Shown here: in pieces, positions 11,197-25,200 of the stretch
How positions within the stretch are numbered: the first letter of the stretch is position 1
Layout: each line of letters starts with the position of its first letter
Source of the DNA: Phoronis australis
Lineage: Eukaryota; Animalia; Phoronida
NCBI GenBank assembly: GCA_002633005.1
Contig: NMRA01000177.1
Span: 198,931-262,930 of the forward strand
DNA: 64,000 nucleotides
Reading direction: 5' to 3'
Notes under the pieces: model-generated
Told to the model about the DNA's origin: nothing
Seen by the model: the letters and a program-made list of their open reading frames with translations, nothing else
Databases searched by the model: none
Made by a program: the position numbers and the translations under genes

Positions 11197-12762
11197 ATGG
11201 AAGTAGGAAGGGTAAGCATAGACTGTGCTTGGACACAGTTGAAATCACATGTTGGAAATCAAGAGACATTTGTAGCCGAGGCTAAGCGACTCAGTGAGAA
11301 CCACTGTAGCCTGGATGTTATAAAATATGCTCTGTCTAAACTGGAATCAAAAGTTGTGTCTCTGGAGGATGTTGACATGTTGCACCACCTTCTGGATGTC
11401 TTGGACACTGATTGGTGTTTTAAAACAGAAAAAGACTACGACTTAAAAATTCTGTGCAAACTTGTATCCTTGTCAGTGCAATATGGTTCTGTACCTTCGT
11501 TTGAGGGAAGAGAGGATCATAGTTACAGCGTTGAAGATTTCCAGTTTGTGGCAGAAAGAGCTTTGGTTTCCATGCAACTTATCATAAAACTCTGTCAAAT
11601 TTATGTCACCAAAAAGGTAATAAAACCCCGTGGGCGAACAAATGAAATTGGCAGCAAACAGGTATCCCCAATGACCAGTGATTGGTTGGATTCTAACATT
11701 AGCAATATTTTAATCGTGTGTATCTGTCACCAGAAATCCAACATGTGGACCAGTCTGCAGTCGGAGGAAAGTTCCAAAGAATTGCTTAACACACTGAACA
11801 CTGTTTACCATGTGGCAGACATTAAAGAGCTGCTGTTCGGCAACAGCCATCTAACTGAAGGACTTCTCAAAAAAATTCTGCTACACTTTCAAGCTACCCT
11901 GACTCGCAACACCTGGTCACATCACCCGGGAATGTGGTCCGTCTATGAGTGGTGCTTGGAACATACTAAGTTTCCCAACTTGAGTGGACATTTGGAGCAA
12001 TTTCTGCCACCAGCTCTGCTGTTTGTTGATGACTACAAAACCAACAGTAAGGTGCGGGGAGTTGGTTCTTTACAGCACATCATTGATAACGTCAGTTCCA
12101 GCGAGTTGATCAGATACGGTCGAGCACAGGTGATTTACTCGGCACTCAGTCATCTTTTGTACACACAGGAAGTGGAATTACTCCACGTGTTGCTGCCTTG
12201 TTTATTGTCCATTCTGCGGATTATCGAAGCTGTGCCTAGAAACTGTGGCACATCTCGTCAGAAAAGTCGCTACGACGAGATTTTTTTGCGAGTCTTGTCT
12301 AGTATGGAGATGGAAGATAAGATTCGCTTACGTCAAATATACAGCTGTCACCTGATTGGTTTCCTTGAAGTCATGGGAATATCCATCTTAAAACTGTTCA
12401 AACGTCTACTTCGTGTAATTTTTAACTACTTGGAAATCTATGATGGCCCAAAAGAACATTCAAGGCTGAACATATTGATCTGTCTCAGAACTGTTATTGT
12501 TACGGCCTGGGTCCGAATTCCGGACCACTGCGAGGACATCTTCAGAGGATTGTTCAAACTTGTCTATGACCTATCTATTGATGAAACTACAACCCCAAAA
12601 GAGACCAAGAAGAGTCTGCTGAATGCATCAGTTGAGTGTATGGTGCTGGTCAAGCTTGCCTGTGGGTATAAAATGGACTTGATCTTGACTCAGATGATGG
12701 AAGTCCAAGAACTCAATAGTGTTTGTGAGGAATGTTTGCAGAAAGTGATTGATGCAATATAA
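11197..12762 (+). CDS. TTI2: TELO2-interacting protein 2 (TTT complex subunit), single coding exon
   Basis: 521-aa helical ORF with Tti2-typical FLPPALLFVDDY..KVRGV..LQHII..ELIRYGRAQVIYSAL..LLY, LEIYDGP..RLNIL..L..VI..AW.RI. Splice acceptor cttacag lies 6 nt before the ATG, so the 5' UTR is spliced. Confidence 0.85.
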   Translation: MEVGRVSIDCAWTQLKSHVGNQETFVAEAKRLSENHCSLDVIKYALSKLESKVVSLEDVDMLHHLLDVLDTDWCFKTEKDYDLKILCKLVSLSVQYGSVPSFEGREDHSYSVEDFQFVAERALVSMQLIIKLCQIYVTKKVIKPRGRTNEIGSKQVSPMTSDWLDSNISNILIVCICHQKSNMWTSLQSEESSKELLNTLNTVYHVADIKELLFGNSHLTEGLLKKILLHFQATLTRNTWSHHPGMWSVYEWCLEHTKFPNLSGHLEQFLPPALLFVDDYKTNSKVRGVGSLQHIIDNVSSSELIRYGRAQVIYSALSHLLYTQEVELLHVLLPCLLSILRIIEAVPRNCGTSRQKSRYDEIFLRVLSSMEMEDKIRLRQIYSCHLIGFLEVMGISILKLFKRLLRVIFNYLEIYDGPKEHSRLNILICLRTVIVTAWVRIPDHCEDIFRGLFKLVYDLSIDETTTPKETKKSLLNASVECMVLVKLACGYKMDLILTQMMEVQELNSVCEECLQKVIDAI

Positions 12763-15427
12763 ACTAAGAGGAGCTACAGGACTTTGCTGAATATGTACCA
12801 TGAACAGTCTTTGGAAAAATAGACTTACATATACCCATCTACCCACAAAAAAGTTTCTCATCTATACCAACATCCCAAATTCCATTAGTACATGTGGGCT
12901 TTTCGTTGGGGAGGCTTATACTCAGGTGATCCTGAACCTCACATTCATGCATAATTCCATGTGTTTGTATCACATATTCACTCAATACATGCGGTAAGGT
13001 TAATATGTTTTCGTTGGCAGTTTTGTGCTAAGGGAGCATTCACATATTATGTCGTCCAAAATTTGCAGCCTCTAATTATATCTAGGAAGTGATGGAGTGG
13101 GTTTGTCGTTTGTCTGCCTATATGTTCATAAGATAATTCTGGCGAAATCATGAACACATCTGTGATGCGTAAAACAGCGGGTCCTGGGTTTGGAGTTGGT
13201 CACTTCCACTTGAAGGTGAACCAGTTTCCCAACTATGTGTATTGTGATGGAGATATTCTAATAAAAAGCATGACGACGTCACCGTGAGTCTAAACTCCCC
13301 TCTCCGTCATCAGTCGTCATCTCTTCCAAATCTTCTTCCCTTGAGTGATTACATAACACATGAACGCTTCCAAACGCGAGAATCACTCAGACGGTGAATT
13401 TGCAGTACAAGACAAAATAAAATACCATTTCCACATCGTGACAAATAATAATGCTAATAGCAAAAATGGTTGGTTTTAACTTAGGGAACAAAATTCTAGT
13501 TGCAGAATGCCTTTGTCACACAACTATACCTTTCCTACTCTAATGGTGAATTCAGGCTCCCCCTGCTGTCACGATGAGGAACTACAAGTCATTTTGTCTG
13601 ATAACCTTTGGCTTGTTCTGTATACAATATGGCGGACAGGTGACAAGAATAAGTTTTTAGAAAAATTTACTTTGCTTTTAGCACAATTTGTATGATGTAA
13701 CTATTAGCAACGAACACTTGGTAATTTTTTAGCGCTTACAACAATGTGGTAAGAATAGAAATATGGCAGTGAGGGATCATTTTTGTCCCAAATTGAAGAA
13801 TTTTTTATCGTGCTCTGAAGTGTCAGTAACTATTGAATCAAGTCCGACACAGAAAGAATGATACAATACACATCTAAGGATAATTTTGGTGGTTGTCTTC
13901 CTGGTGATGGCAGTGTTGCTCACTGTGCGGCTTGTTCCAATAAGAAATTGTTGTCAGTTTGAAAACATCACAGTGCAGCATTTACCATGTACGGCACAGT
14001 TCCACAAAAACATAATTAAATGATTCCAAGAAAGTGTCATTTAAATTGTTTTTATTTAATAATCAATACAATCAACTTTTCAAATATATATTAATTTGTA
14101 TCATAACACAACTGGAAGTCACGTCACTACAAACCATCCACAACTATAACATGCCAAGAGTCTGTGTCATGAAAAGTGATTCCAGACTAAAGTCAGAAAT
14201 TTGGTCTCGTAGTTACTTCGCAATTACTGAACGAGGGTTTAGCCACGTAATTATTAATACTGGTACATAACAGTCTAAAAATAATTCACACTAACTAGCA
14301 GTTGTGCATATATTCTTTGTACTTTTGCTGAAGTGAGATTAAATTATTCTTCAGGAATAATTGTGTGCAAGACCAAACTTCTGACTAAGTTTCGAGTCAA
14401 TTTTTATCTGACAGGCTCTCGGAAAGCATAATTCACAAATACACCATTTTTGGTGATACGGCACCCTAATCAACTGTACGCGCGGACACCAACATAGTCC
14501 TGTTATCCAGAACACCCAGACACACATAATCCTTCATGGATACTGAACGCAGTGAATTTGGGAGAAATTTTGGTTCAGTTTTAAGCGACAGGAGCTGGAC
14601 TATGAAAGGGCCTCCATTTTGAATGGCATGCAAATTCCAGAATTAATTACAAGTGAATTTCCCGCAAGTTCAAACTCGAACAATTAGTTTGTAACTCATT
14701 GTCTAACCGCTCGTGGCATAATAACCTGCAACAGCGACAAGTTAAGACCGCTTATAAAGAATGCTACGTGTACCGCAAGGATCAGAATACCTCTGCTGTG
14801 GAAGAAAATCGCTAAGACCTTATCCCTCACACGACTGACATGTAACACAGCTCATTTTACTTAGAAAGCAGGGAAGATAAAATAATATATAACAATCTAC
14901 ACATCATATATAAACCTTAATCTACTACATCGCCATTTCAGGCAGGAAATAACTTCATGGTCACAGAAATGCTGTAAATTTTCTGCTAGTTTTGAATTTG
15001 CTGGAGCTTGTACCAAAACAGTGCTTTTTATAAACAGTGTTCTTCCCGTAGGAGTTCCTAACTTCCCATCCAAAGCATGATTTTCAACAGTTTTCCAACA
15101 GATGTCACCACCAATGACACCGTCAATTCAATCAATTCTAATTTCAGAGGTTATTTTCCCAGAATGCCTCTGTGGTCAGATTGAATCTACAAGTAAAGGC
15201 AGAGGGCATATTGAATAATACTAGTCACTTGCAAGATGCCTGTGGTGCGATAATTTGGTGTATACATGAGAAGTACAAGCCCTGCACGTTTCTGAACTAC
15301 TGACTCCCACAACTCAACACACCACAACTTCCCCCATCGCTCTCAGTGGCAGCCATTTTGTTGGAGTTTCAGTGGTAAGGTCAGCTGCTTACTCTATAAA
15401 CAGAGCTGAGATCCTGTGGTGCTCAAA

Positions 15428-15836
15428 GGTTATGTAGGACCCTATACCAATGTCCAAATTTGGTCAACTTAGGAATATCATATTTCGAAAAAGGCCCATC
15501 AAATTCGTATAAAATTCCAAATACTACGCTTTATGTGCAACTCTCAAATGCTCTTTCAGAAATTGTTTTTAAAATGTTCCACTTTTGCATGAGGAGATAT
15601 CAAATTATAGGACTTCCATCATTTTCATGAAAAAACATCGAAAGTAGCATAAAACGAAATGATACTTCTCATCTTGAACATTTATATCAAAAAATGATAC
15701 CATATTAACGATACTGTTGCTTGCTACCAATGTACCTTTCTTTTTCCTAAATCTTACTAAAAGACATGGTTAAAATCTACAGTTCTGTCTAAATGTGGTT
15801 AAAGACACAGACCTGTCAATAGGGCCCTACACAACC
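15428..15836. mobile_element. TTAA-type (Kolobok-like) non-autonomous element
   Basis: TIR GGTTATGTAGGACCCTA / TAGGGCCCTACACAACC followed by TTAA. A diverged copy lies inverted at about 37640-37819, also ending in TTAA. Confidence 0.6.
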
Positions 15837-17182
15837 TTAACAAAATCCAGTGTTAGTTCTTACAAATAACGAGCGTTATTAAATGTACCCCTGGGTAAGC
15901 GACAGTCCTAAGTATATGCTGTTAATACAGTCCACAAGCTTAACATGCTAATGCGATAACGCAACATATCAATGACAACATCAACCGATTTACACACTAC
16001 TGCTCACCCGAGCTCATTACAACCCGATGTGCCCGAGTGATCGGACTATATTCGCTTTATTACATGGTCAATGGGGCTTCTTCCCAGTCGGGCCTCCCTC
16101 TAATCTTTATACTAGAAATCGACATTATTTTTGCCATTTTCTATTCTACTTCAGCGCAAATTCAAGATAAATGTGTATTATTGCATGTTCTAGTACATTA
16201 TGGTTTATGCGCATGAATTTCTAGTCAGAGTTAGTACTCGATGGCCTCGTGTTGAAATGCAAAATTTCCAGTTCAGACTCTAACCTCCAACACAAATGAT
16301 GGAGACAGTAAAGGTATATTTGCATGCTCCTCACTATGCTAATGTATAGCAGTAACTGAACGGCAATGCTATTTGAACATTGTCTATGCTAAACAAAGTG
16401 CAGTGTATTCACTGACAACCTGTAAATGTGACGTACCTCACGGGCTCACATAACCCGCATCACACAGTGCTATTCCCCAAGACCACGTCACGATACTTAC
16501 TAGACACGGTTGAGTGATTTACGACGGACCATTTTCGATACAAACCTCGTTCTTAAAAACATTTGGCAATTTCAACCGACTTCGTATTCACAATCGTTGC
16601 TACATGTGGTGTTTCTAACTCATTTGACCGAGCAATCACAGACACAAGGAATTAGCGTGAAAACTAGGATTAGCCAGTTATCAAAGCAGGCCATTATGTC
16701 CTTGAACACAGACAAAAAAAACACTTATCTTGAGCTCGCATAAAAATAAAGTAGCAAATGCCAAAAATAGGTTCGATTTTGAGTAAAAAAGAATAGGCTC
16801 AGGTGTCTTTTGCTGATTGGTTGTTCTACATAATTTGCTCATTACTTTTGTTAATGCAGTCATCCCTTCATAGTTTTAGCTGCGTGTGATTGGTCAGATA
16901 GTGAATAGCGACTTACGACACTCATGCAGCTTGTATAACAAGTGATATTACACGGCTAGTCTCGCAACATTGCCTACGCCCTACACCTAGCATTCGCTGC
17001 TAAATAGAGTGTGCTCTTAGCTGTAATTTCTAGCTGCCCATTCTTACGTTCTAAGGTAAATACTCAGATCATTAACTTAGCTGCTTGAAATGACGAAGAA
17101 AGCATCAAAAAAACCTCAATCAATATCATCAGTCAGTAACATATAAATTCGCATATTATTAATTTATTCTCTGGTCTGTGCA

Positions 17183-17462
17183 GGTCTGTTTCATGAAAGT
17201 GACTTAAAACCTCAGACAGCAATTCAGTCTTACGCTCCCACATTTCAACAGCTGAAAAGGTATTAAAGTTGCGTAACTGTCAGCACATCACAGCCTAGAA
17301 ATTATTTATAGAAATTACCTCAGTCAGTAACTAGCAGTTGTGCGTTTATTCTCAGTGACTGTGGTCAGTGAGATTTGATTATTTTTTTTCCGAAAATTTT
17401 GTTTGGAACATGAAATTAAATTTCTGTCTGGAATCTCAAGTTACTTGTCATGAAACAGATCC
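17183..17462. mobile_element. MITE
   Basis: TIR GGTCTGTTTCATGA ... TCATGAAACAGATC. Internal sequence resembles the stretch at about 14290-14410. Confidence 0.5.
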
Positions 17463-18005
17463 TTGGATTTGTTTTGAAACCTACACCTAAAAGCTAGCAT
17501 CAGGTGGTGGTGAGAGAAAAGGAACGATTCCCATCCCATTTCAGTCAGTATCAGGTTGACTTTTTTGAAAATATGGAGGACTAAAAATACTGCATCAAGT
17601 CAACGATTAAGAAACAAAACAAGGACCAATTATGCTATTTTTGGTTTAATCCAAATATTACATAATCAATCAGAGGGATTCAGTCAATCAAAGGATCAAA
17701 CAACCCGTACATGCAATCCACCGTCGACACTGTCCTTGGGTCTTCCATTAATGATAAACCCTTTTCGAAAGCAAGCCAATATAAGTAAACATTTATTGCA
17801 CACCTCTATAGATTGTTGCAAAACACCCGACCAACATAAAATGATAATGCAACACCTCTACTCTAATAAACCATACGAATAAGTTGTATGCTATCAGTAG
17901 ACAACTAAGCAAAAACTAAAAGCTAACACATGAACCCAACTGGTCACCATTACAAAAGTGGTCTTGAACTTCCTCACTAAGATTAGGAACGATTTCTATA
18001 CTTCA

Positions 18006-18432
18006 GTGCTCCGTTGCATGAAACAGTATCAAATGGGACTAAAGTAGTTTCTTAAATCCACTGCGTATTTGTGGGTCTGTAAAAACACCGACTGTCCTTT
18101 CTTATGCTGTTTTCTTCTTGTTACTAAGTCAATTTTTGGCTTCGATAAAAATTGAGAGTGAACTCTACGTTGAATTCTCATTATTATTGAAAATAAGTAG
18201 GGATCTTTTCATGTAATGCCACTAATTTAAGGACTAAGTTCCTGGCTGTTTTTACTGAATTAATGTCTGCTTTTGTTATATGATAAGAAAATGCCATAAG
18301 TCAAAGAGCTCACAATAATGATAAAATGATAGAAAAAGATTATATCTGTGCCTACAGAATGAAACAAATACGGAAAAGATTTAGAGAACTTGGATGAGTT
18401 CCTATTTGGGACTGTTTCATGCAACTGGGCAC
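18006..18432. mobile_element. PIF/Harbinger-like MITE
   Basis: 22-bp TIR GTGCTCCGTTGCATGAAACAGT / ACTGTTTCATGCAACTGGGCAC, flanked by TCA and TAA (TNA-type target). Confidence 0.6.
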
Positions 18433-19250
18433 TAAAGAACTGATGGTTCATTCTTGTTCAATGCCATCACCTGCACATCCAATGACTTATTTGATCAAGG
18501 AAACTTAGAGAGCATGGTCTAAAACAACGACTAACTGTTGGCTCTTAAAACCTAAAAATTGCTTAAAATAAGAGTGTAAGACCAGACCAGTTTCATAGCC
18601 ATAAGTTGTCTAAATCCCAAGTCATTTTGGCAGAAGGTGGATGGTAAGCAGCTTCAACTCAAGGTATATATTTCACATGCTAAAGAAAAGCAATAAGTAG
18701 AACATTGCAGTCAGCCCTGTGCTTTAATAGCCAAGACCAGCTCCCCTTAGTGGAGTCACTCCTACACATTTCAAAGCTACTTCATGACCAGTCCTTCTGC
18801 ATCAGTCTGCCCAACTTCATTTGGGTTTCCATAGCAATCTGTAGTAACAGGACAGTAGTACTGACGATGGTACAAATAATGTATAATTGCCATCTTGGTT
18901 ATTGGAAAACCTGAACTTGGCGACCTGTAATGTAAACATGGCATGGTCAAACCAGAAAGTTCTGAGAAAGTGTGCTCAATAGATGGCACTTGGGTCAACA
19001 CGTCTGCTTTTCTTTAAAACTAAATGGCACATGGCGAAAGGCAAAACGTTAAAAATCATTTTAGTCTTCACATCAAAGTTGACTTTACTCCCCATGAAAC
19101 ACACAAAGCAAGAAAGGCGTCGCCAAAAATCCAGATTGCAAGCTAGAATTAGTACATGAAACACGAGCACTTTTAAGTCAAGGTTTCTTTTCCAAATATC
19201 AATATTTTCAACAGACCACTTTAAGAGTGGTTCAACACACAACAGCTGAC

Positions 19251-22200
19251 CTAGTCGCTTTCCTTTCTCTCTTGCATAATCTCATCCAGACAGTCCAACA
19301 TGAAGTTAAACTGAAAATGGAAAAATGTATACACGGTATGACAACATCTCACCAATTTTGAACGAAAAATAACGGCACTAGTCGGACATAATGGGCCCTG
19401 ATTCAGAGAACCAGGCAATCACTGAATAACGCCCATGTTATTTACTGGATGAAACTGGCTCTCTAAACCAGGGCGCATTATATCAAACTAGTGCCAAAAT
19501 AATTCCCACAATGCCATTTTCGTCATTTTTCAACGTCCGTCTAACATTGTTATAAATGCCTGCAGTTTTTTAAAAATATACTGGTAGGTAAGGCACAGTA
19601 CTTGAACATAACAAAGCATTAATTTGACAAATACAAATCTTCAGATGACAAAAAAATACAAAACAGAAATTCACATTTCACCATACCTTAAACAATGTAC
19701 ATAAAGTATTTAGACCCACGTGCCTACAACCATTTTATCACTAAAATGATGTAGGTCAACAAAATGCTTCACAAAGACGAATATCCACTGTTTCACCTTG
19801 ACATGTGGGTGGCTAACAAGTGTATATGCTCACGTCTTAAACTGACTTTTGTCCATACTTTTCAAAATATTAATTATTTCAAAAATGGTTAATATTCAAC
19901 AGAATACGCATGAACACCTATACCCTTGATGCGAATAAGTCAAGCTTCACACGTGCTATTTTCAACTGTTGCTCTTTAGTTTTTGCTTTGTTAGCGCCTG
20001 TGCCTAATTCCGCATATAGGCATACCCTTACATACAGACGCTCGAGTCCTTTTAATACACACTGATATGGGAATGCGGTACGGCACATAATTTCACAAAC
20101 ACTCCAGGTGGCCTAGTCAATAAGTGGTGTTCAAAGTTAAAGCTGTACACACGCAAGCACGCACGCAAACACACACACACACACACACGAACGCATAATA
20201 AAAAGCATTTTCAATCACATACAACAATTTAAAAATAACATTGCCTGTGAATGATTACTTGACTAACATAGATCTGTATGATGCGTATGTAAAATAGGAG
20301 TTGTTTGAGGCATAAAAGGGAATGGGTCTATTAGTCTAAACTGAGATATGTTTGACAAAGACACTCACGTGAGTTGAGAAGATCCTCACCCACCGGGGAT
20401 TGCGTCCCTCCCTCTCATACTCAAAGTTGAACGACATGCCCTCCTCGTCAGTATCCCACTGAGTTATGCTGTCCAATGGGAAGTCAATCACCTGGGTCTG
20501 AAAGGGGAAATAACAAAATATTAATAATGCTATCCAATGGGAAGTCACATTCACTCAGACGACATGGGAGATAACACAAAATAAAAGTCAGAAACTCCAA
20601 ATTTGACTGAAACCCATATTATTGATTACAGCCATCACGTATAGACTAATTGTACTGTAAACTTGACAGACTTCACTCAAATCTGTCAAATTTAGAGGAG
20701 GATCTTCTTGCCTGGATAATGTGGCAGATCAGTCCAACTTTAGTCGCAATAAAATCATCAGTTTTGTTGAACTTAAGTCTTACGCCTAGCAACTACTTAA
20801 TAGTTTGTTACGAATGAACATGCACAGCAAGTGGTCACGATTTCAAAAAAGCGTAGACCAGTACCTATCGAGATTTTGTCAAGATTTAGCCAGAATTGAC
20901 ACGGGCTCCAGTCGAACAGAAATGTAAGTTTAGGAACACTTTTTGCATCAAATCTTTGGCGAATTTTGATGTTTATTTTGAAAACTGTTGTGATAACCTG
21001 TGATGTTGTAAATCCCAATTCTGAGTGTGTCGAATTTTTTGTACCTTACTATTTAAAATATGTCTTGTTAAAAATATGTTTTGTTAAACAACACATTTTA
21101 TTTGCACTTAACACCCTTATTGGACAGCCTCACTTGACTGGAATGCTGTATTTTACTTAATGTCATACTGGATAATAGAATATCCCAGTTATTGTCATAA
21201 AACCATCATTTCCCATTAAATCCATGTAAAATAGTCCAAATACTGTTATGATTAATTGTCCTATTCCCCAATATTGCCATTAAAAAATAGCAATATTAAT
21301 TCTCACCTGTTCATTAGCATGTGCACCTTTGCTTTTTTGTCTAAATACTAACTTAGTTCATCTTAAATTCACTTGCCTCATCAGACCTCAGCGTTGGGGG
21401 TAAAAATCCGTCGCTTCCTGTTTGTCTTACTCCAAGTCTCTCCAATCAACATGATTAACTTATACGAGTTGTTGTGATCCGAAAAGTTGAAACCCGCTTG
21501 ATGGAATATACCGCTTATCGTCATAATTTACATTGAACCCGAGGGTATGACATTAAGTGGGCTACACTGTACTCCGTTTATTGTATGATAAGCAAAATAT
21601 TACAGTACAGGCACGCTACATGGCAATGTCACCACAGTAGCGCTCTGTTTCCTCATTGCGTCAACATCAAGTTTTGGGTTCAAGTTTTTCAAGTGCTGTC
21701 CAGTTACTATGACTATTATCTTGGGACACCCTCTTTCAAGCAATGGTGAATGACTAAGTTTTGATTTTATTTTGCAATCATCACAAAAATCAAGTCTTGA
21801 AATAAGGCAGCTGAACACCTCTTGGTTGCCCTATGGCCGGAATGGAGCTCATATGTGACGTATTTGCCTTAATAAACAGCTTCATTCTTACTTTATCTAT
21901 AAAAGTCGGGTGGATGTAGCGCTATACAACCAGACACATAACATCCATACCTCCATTGTTCCGTCCTCTTTGCAGGCCAGCAGTTTGAACGAGCCGATAC
22001 CAAATGAGGCCACCACATGTCCCCCTTTTCTGGCATCGCATGCACAGTGGGGGAATGTGATGGAGCCATAGCCATCAAGGTGTCTCACAATCTTCAGATA
22101 CTACAAAATAAAAGTACTTTAGAGATCACAAAAATTTGTATGATGTAAACAAACGAGTCTTTTGGACATGAAGACATATTTGCCCGCTATGTGCTGTGAA

Positions 22201-25200
22201 ACTTTCTAAATTTTGGACATTAAAAGATTACTACGCTTGTGGAACTAAAGTTTTCTTCACTGGTATAATTACCCTTCCAAAAAATACCGTACTCGCATTC
22301 TCAGCCTCCGTTTGAATTGAAACTGGTCGCAAGAAACTGCCTAAAATTGCTCTGATGGTCATACTGCCTCGGCAACTCAAATGTCCCCGCTATGACATGA
22401 TCTTAATCATACTGCCTTGGCAACTCAAATGACCTCGTGACAAGGTCATGCTCCCTCGGCAACTCAAATGACCCAACTGTGACAAGGTCATACTGCCTTG
22501 ACAACTCAAATGACTTCGTTGTGACAGGGTCATACTCCCTTGGCAACTCAAATGACCCCGCTGTGACATGGTCATACTCCATTGGCAACTCAAATGACCC
22601 CGCTATGACAAGGTCATACTCCCTTGGCAACTCAAATGACCCGCTATGACATGGTCATACTCCCTTGGCAACTCAAATGACCCCGCTATGACATGGTCAT
22701 ACTCCCTTGACAACTCAAATGACCCCGCTGTGACATGGTCATACTCCCTTGGCAACTCAAATGACCCTGCTATGACACAGTCATACTCCCTTGGCAACTC
22801 AAATGACCCCGCTATGACATGACCATACTCCTTTGGCAACTCAAATGACCCTAATGTGACAAGGAAGTAAATGGAGCAGGTCTGAAACCACAATACCATT
22901 TTAATTCATCTCAAGGCTCGACGTCATCTCTAGTCTGAGAAGGGAACAAGATGAAACCAATTTTATAACAATAAATGGCCTAAGTTGAGTCGATTTTGAA
23001 AGAAGGTGCAAATTAATCACCTCTTGAAGGAATAGATTTACTTAGTTAAAGAGCTGACGTCGATGACGGAAATGTTTCCATGAAGAAAATACTAATGTCT
23101 AAAATCGAAAAATGGTGATGTACATCAATGTTTGTGACTGACAAAACAGCAATATGTGAATATTATCTACGCGTGTACAAGATTCCGTCTTACAGCCAGC
23201 CATTTTCCAGCTTGAAAGTCGTATAATTCGCTGTATGGCTACAGTCTGCACATGGGCACCTCCGAAAGAAAATGTGCGGAAACGAATATACCCAGTGTTC
23301 CGAACGAAAAATGTGTAAGTATTTTACATGCTCATTCGGCCAAAATTAATTCAGTCTGGACCCCCAGGTAGAGGTCTTAAACTAGAACAGGCCAGCATTG
23401 TAGAAGTGTTCTCCTAAACATGTTTCTACTGATTGCAGTACAAACTTCATGTTACCTTTCATGACAAAATTAGAAAATAAAATTTCATTTGTCCATCACA
23501 TTCTATTGTAGATTGGAGAAAAAATGTATCAAACACTGAAGGTTAAACTGACAGAAGATTTAATGATTTGTTAAGCAAATTGGGACATTTGGCTACAGTT
23601 CAATGTACAGACTCTCAGATTTTGTATAAGAATCCCCTATAGAAAGGACATAGATTTTCAATCGTGAGTTTGAATTCAGTAGTTTTTGTTGTCTTTGAAT
23701 ACTCTCTGAGGATTACATCGAGTTCTAAAGTACCTCAGTTTGTGGATTACATGACAGGGTATGAGTTTTAAAGTACCTCCGTTTGTAGATTGCATGGCAG
23801 GGTTTGCGTTTTAAAGCACCTCATTGTGGATTGCATGTCAGAGTTTTAAAACACCTTAGTTTGTGGATTGCATAGCAGGGTATGAGATTTAAATTACCTC
23901 ATTTGTGGATTGCATGGCAGGATTTGAGTGTTAAAGTATCTCAGTTTGGGGTTTGCATTGCAGGGGATGAGTGTTAAAGTACCTCGGTTTGTGGATTGCA
24001 TGGCAGGGTATGAGTGTTTAAGTACCTCAGTTTGTTTGCTGCCATCCTGCAGTACTTTCAATTCATATAAATGGTCTTTGGCTTTTATACGCCCACTGCA
24101 CACATCGTCCACAGCCTGCAAAAGAAAACATATTTGAACCATATTACAAGACACTGAATTAAACAAATTATTGACTTTCATTGATCTCAATATGCTGGTT
24201 TTCAGAATCCCAAAATGTGATTTTGACCTAAATAGCATAATACAGGGAACTGCAATGGTTTGATGGTGGTTTGCACTCAACCGACTGCTTCACATTTTAT
24301 GGTCATTTAAAAAGACGTCAGAAACTGGATGACATAAATGGGCTTAAAAGACTTTGGTGACGTGCTGGTAGCACACTGATAAAGTCGTGGCTTGCTAACG
24401 GAAATAATTTGCAATACAATCACAATGAAAAGGTTTTCAAAAAGATTTGAAACTGCCTTTACCATAGCAGTTGTCAATATTAATAATTTGCAAGTGCAAC
24501 AGCAGTCAATACAAACAAGTACTGAGACTCAAAACTATTGACAACTGGTAAGTTTAAACTTTATAGGTGGTGCAAATCATATTATCAACTGCCGTACACT
24601 GCGGGGCCAATAAAATCCTATGATGAATAAGTGAGATTAGTACAACCTGGCTTCCTAATGCTGGAGACAAAATGACACATTTCTTCAAAGTCTGGATTAT
24701 GAATCCAAACATCATCTACACTGTGGAGCCAAATAAATTTCTATGATGAAACTGTATTGCACGACTCTGCAACACTGGATACGAAATGATACGTCAAATC
24801 CTTACAGTATAGATTTTAATCCCACTTTCTACGTTAAAGAGAAAGGATTCATATTTAATGGCACGTCATAAATTGTCACTTCTTAAAAATTTCAGAGAGT
24901 CTCAATTGTCACATTTTTGGTGCCTTTTGCACGTATAAGTCACATGAACTTTTCTTTGTCACATAAAAAAGACACAATACTTGTCAATGACCACAATAAT
25001 TCCATAATTTTACAATTTGGGAAAAAAGGAACGACCACTTGATGCAGTATAAAATAACTAAAAACCTAACAAAATACTAACAGCCTATTTGCCTCACATT
25101 TTGTCACAGAGTTTGCAAAAAGTCACAAAATATCACAGAATTTCAGGCAAACAAGTTTTGTAACAGAATGTCACCATGTCACAGGCAATCCATTCTCTGA

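Noticed and set aside
20168-20189. (CA)n microsatellite; also (CT)n near 41036
   Set aside because: Ordinary short simple repeats.
22355-22899. Regular repeat suggesting a CRISPR array or a repeat protein
   Set aside because: Head-to-tail units with no unique spacers, no cas genes, inside a eukaryotic intron. The ORFs arise from the 42-bp period.
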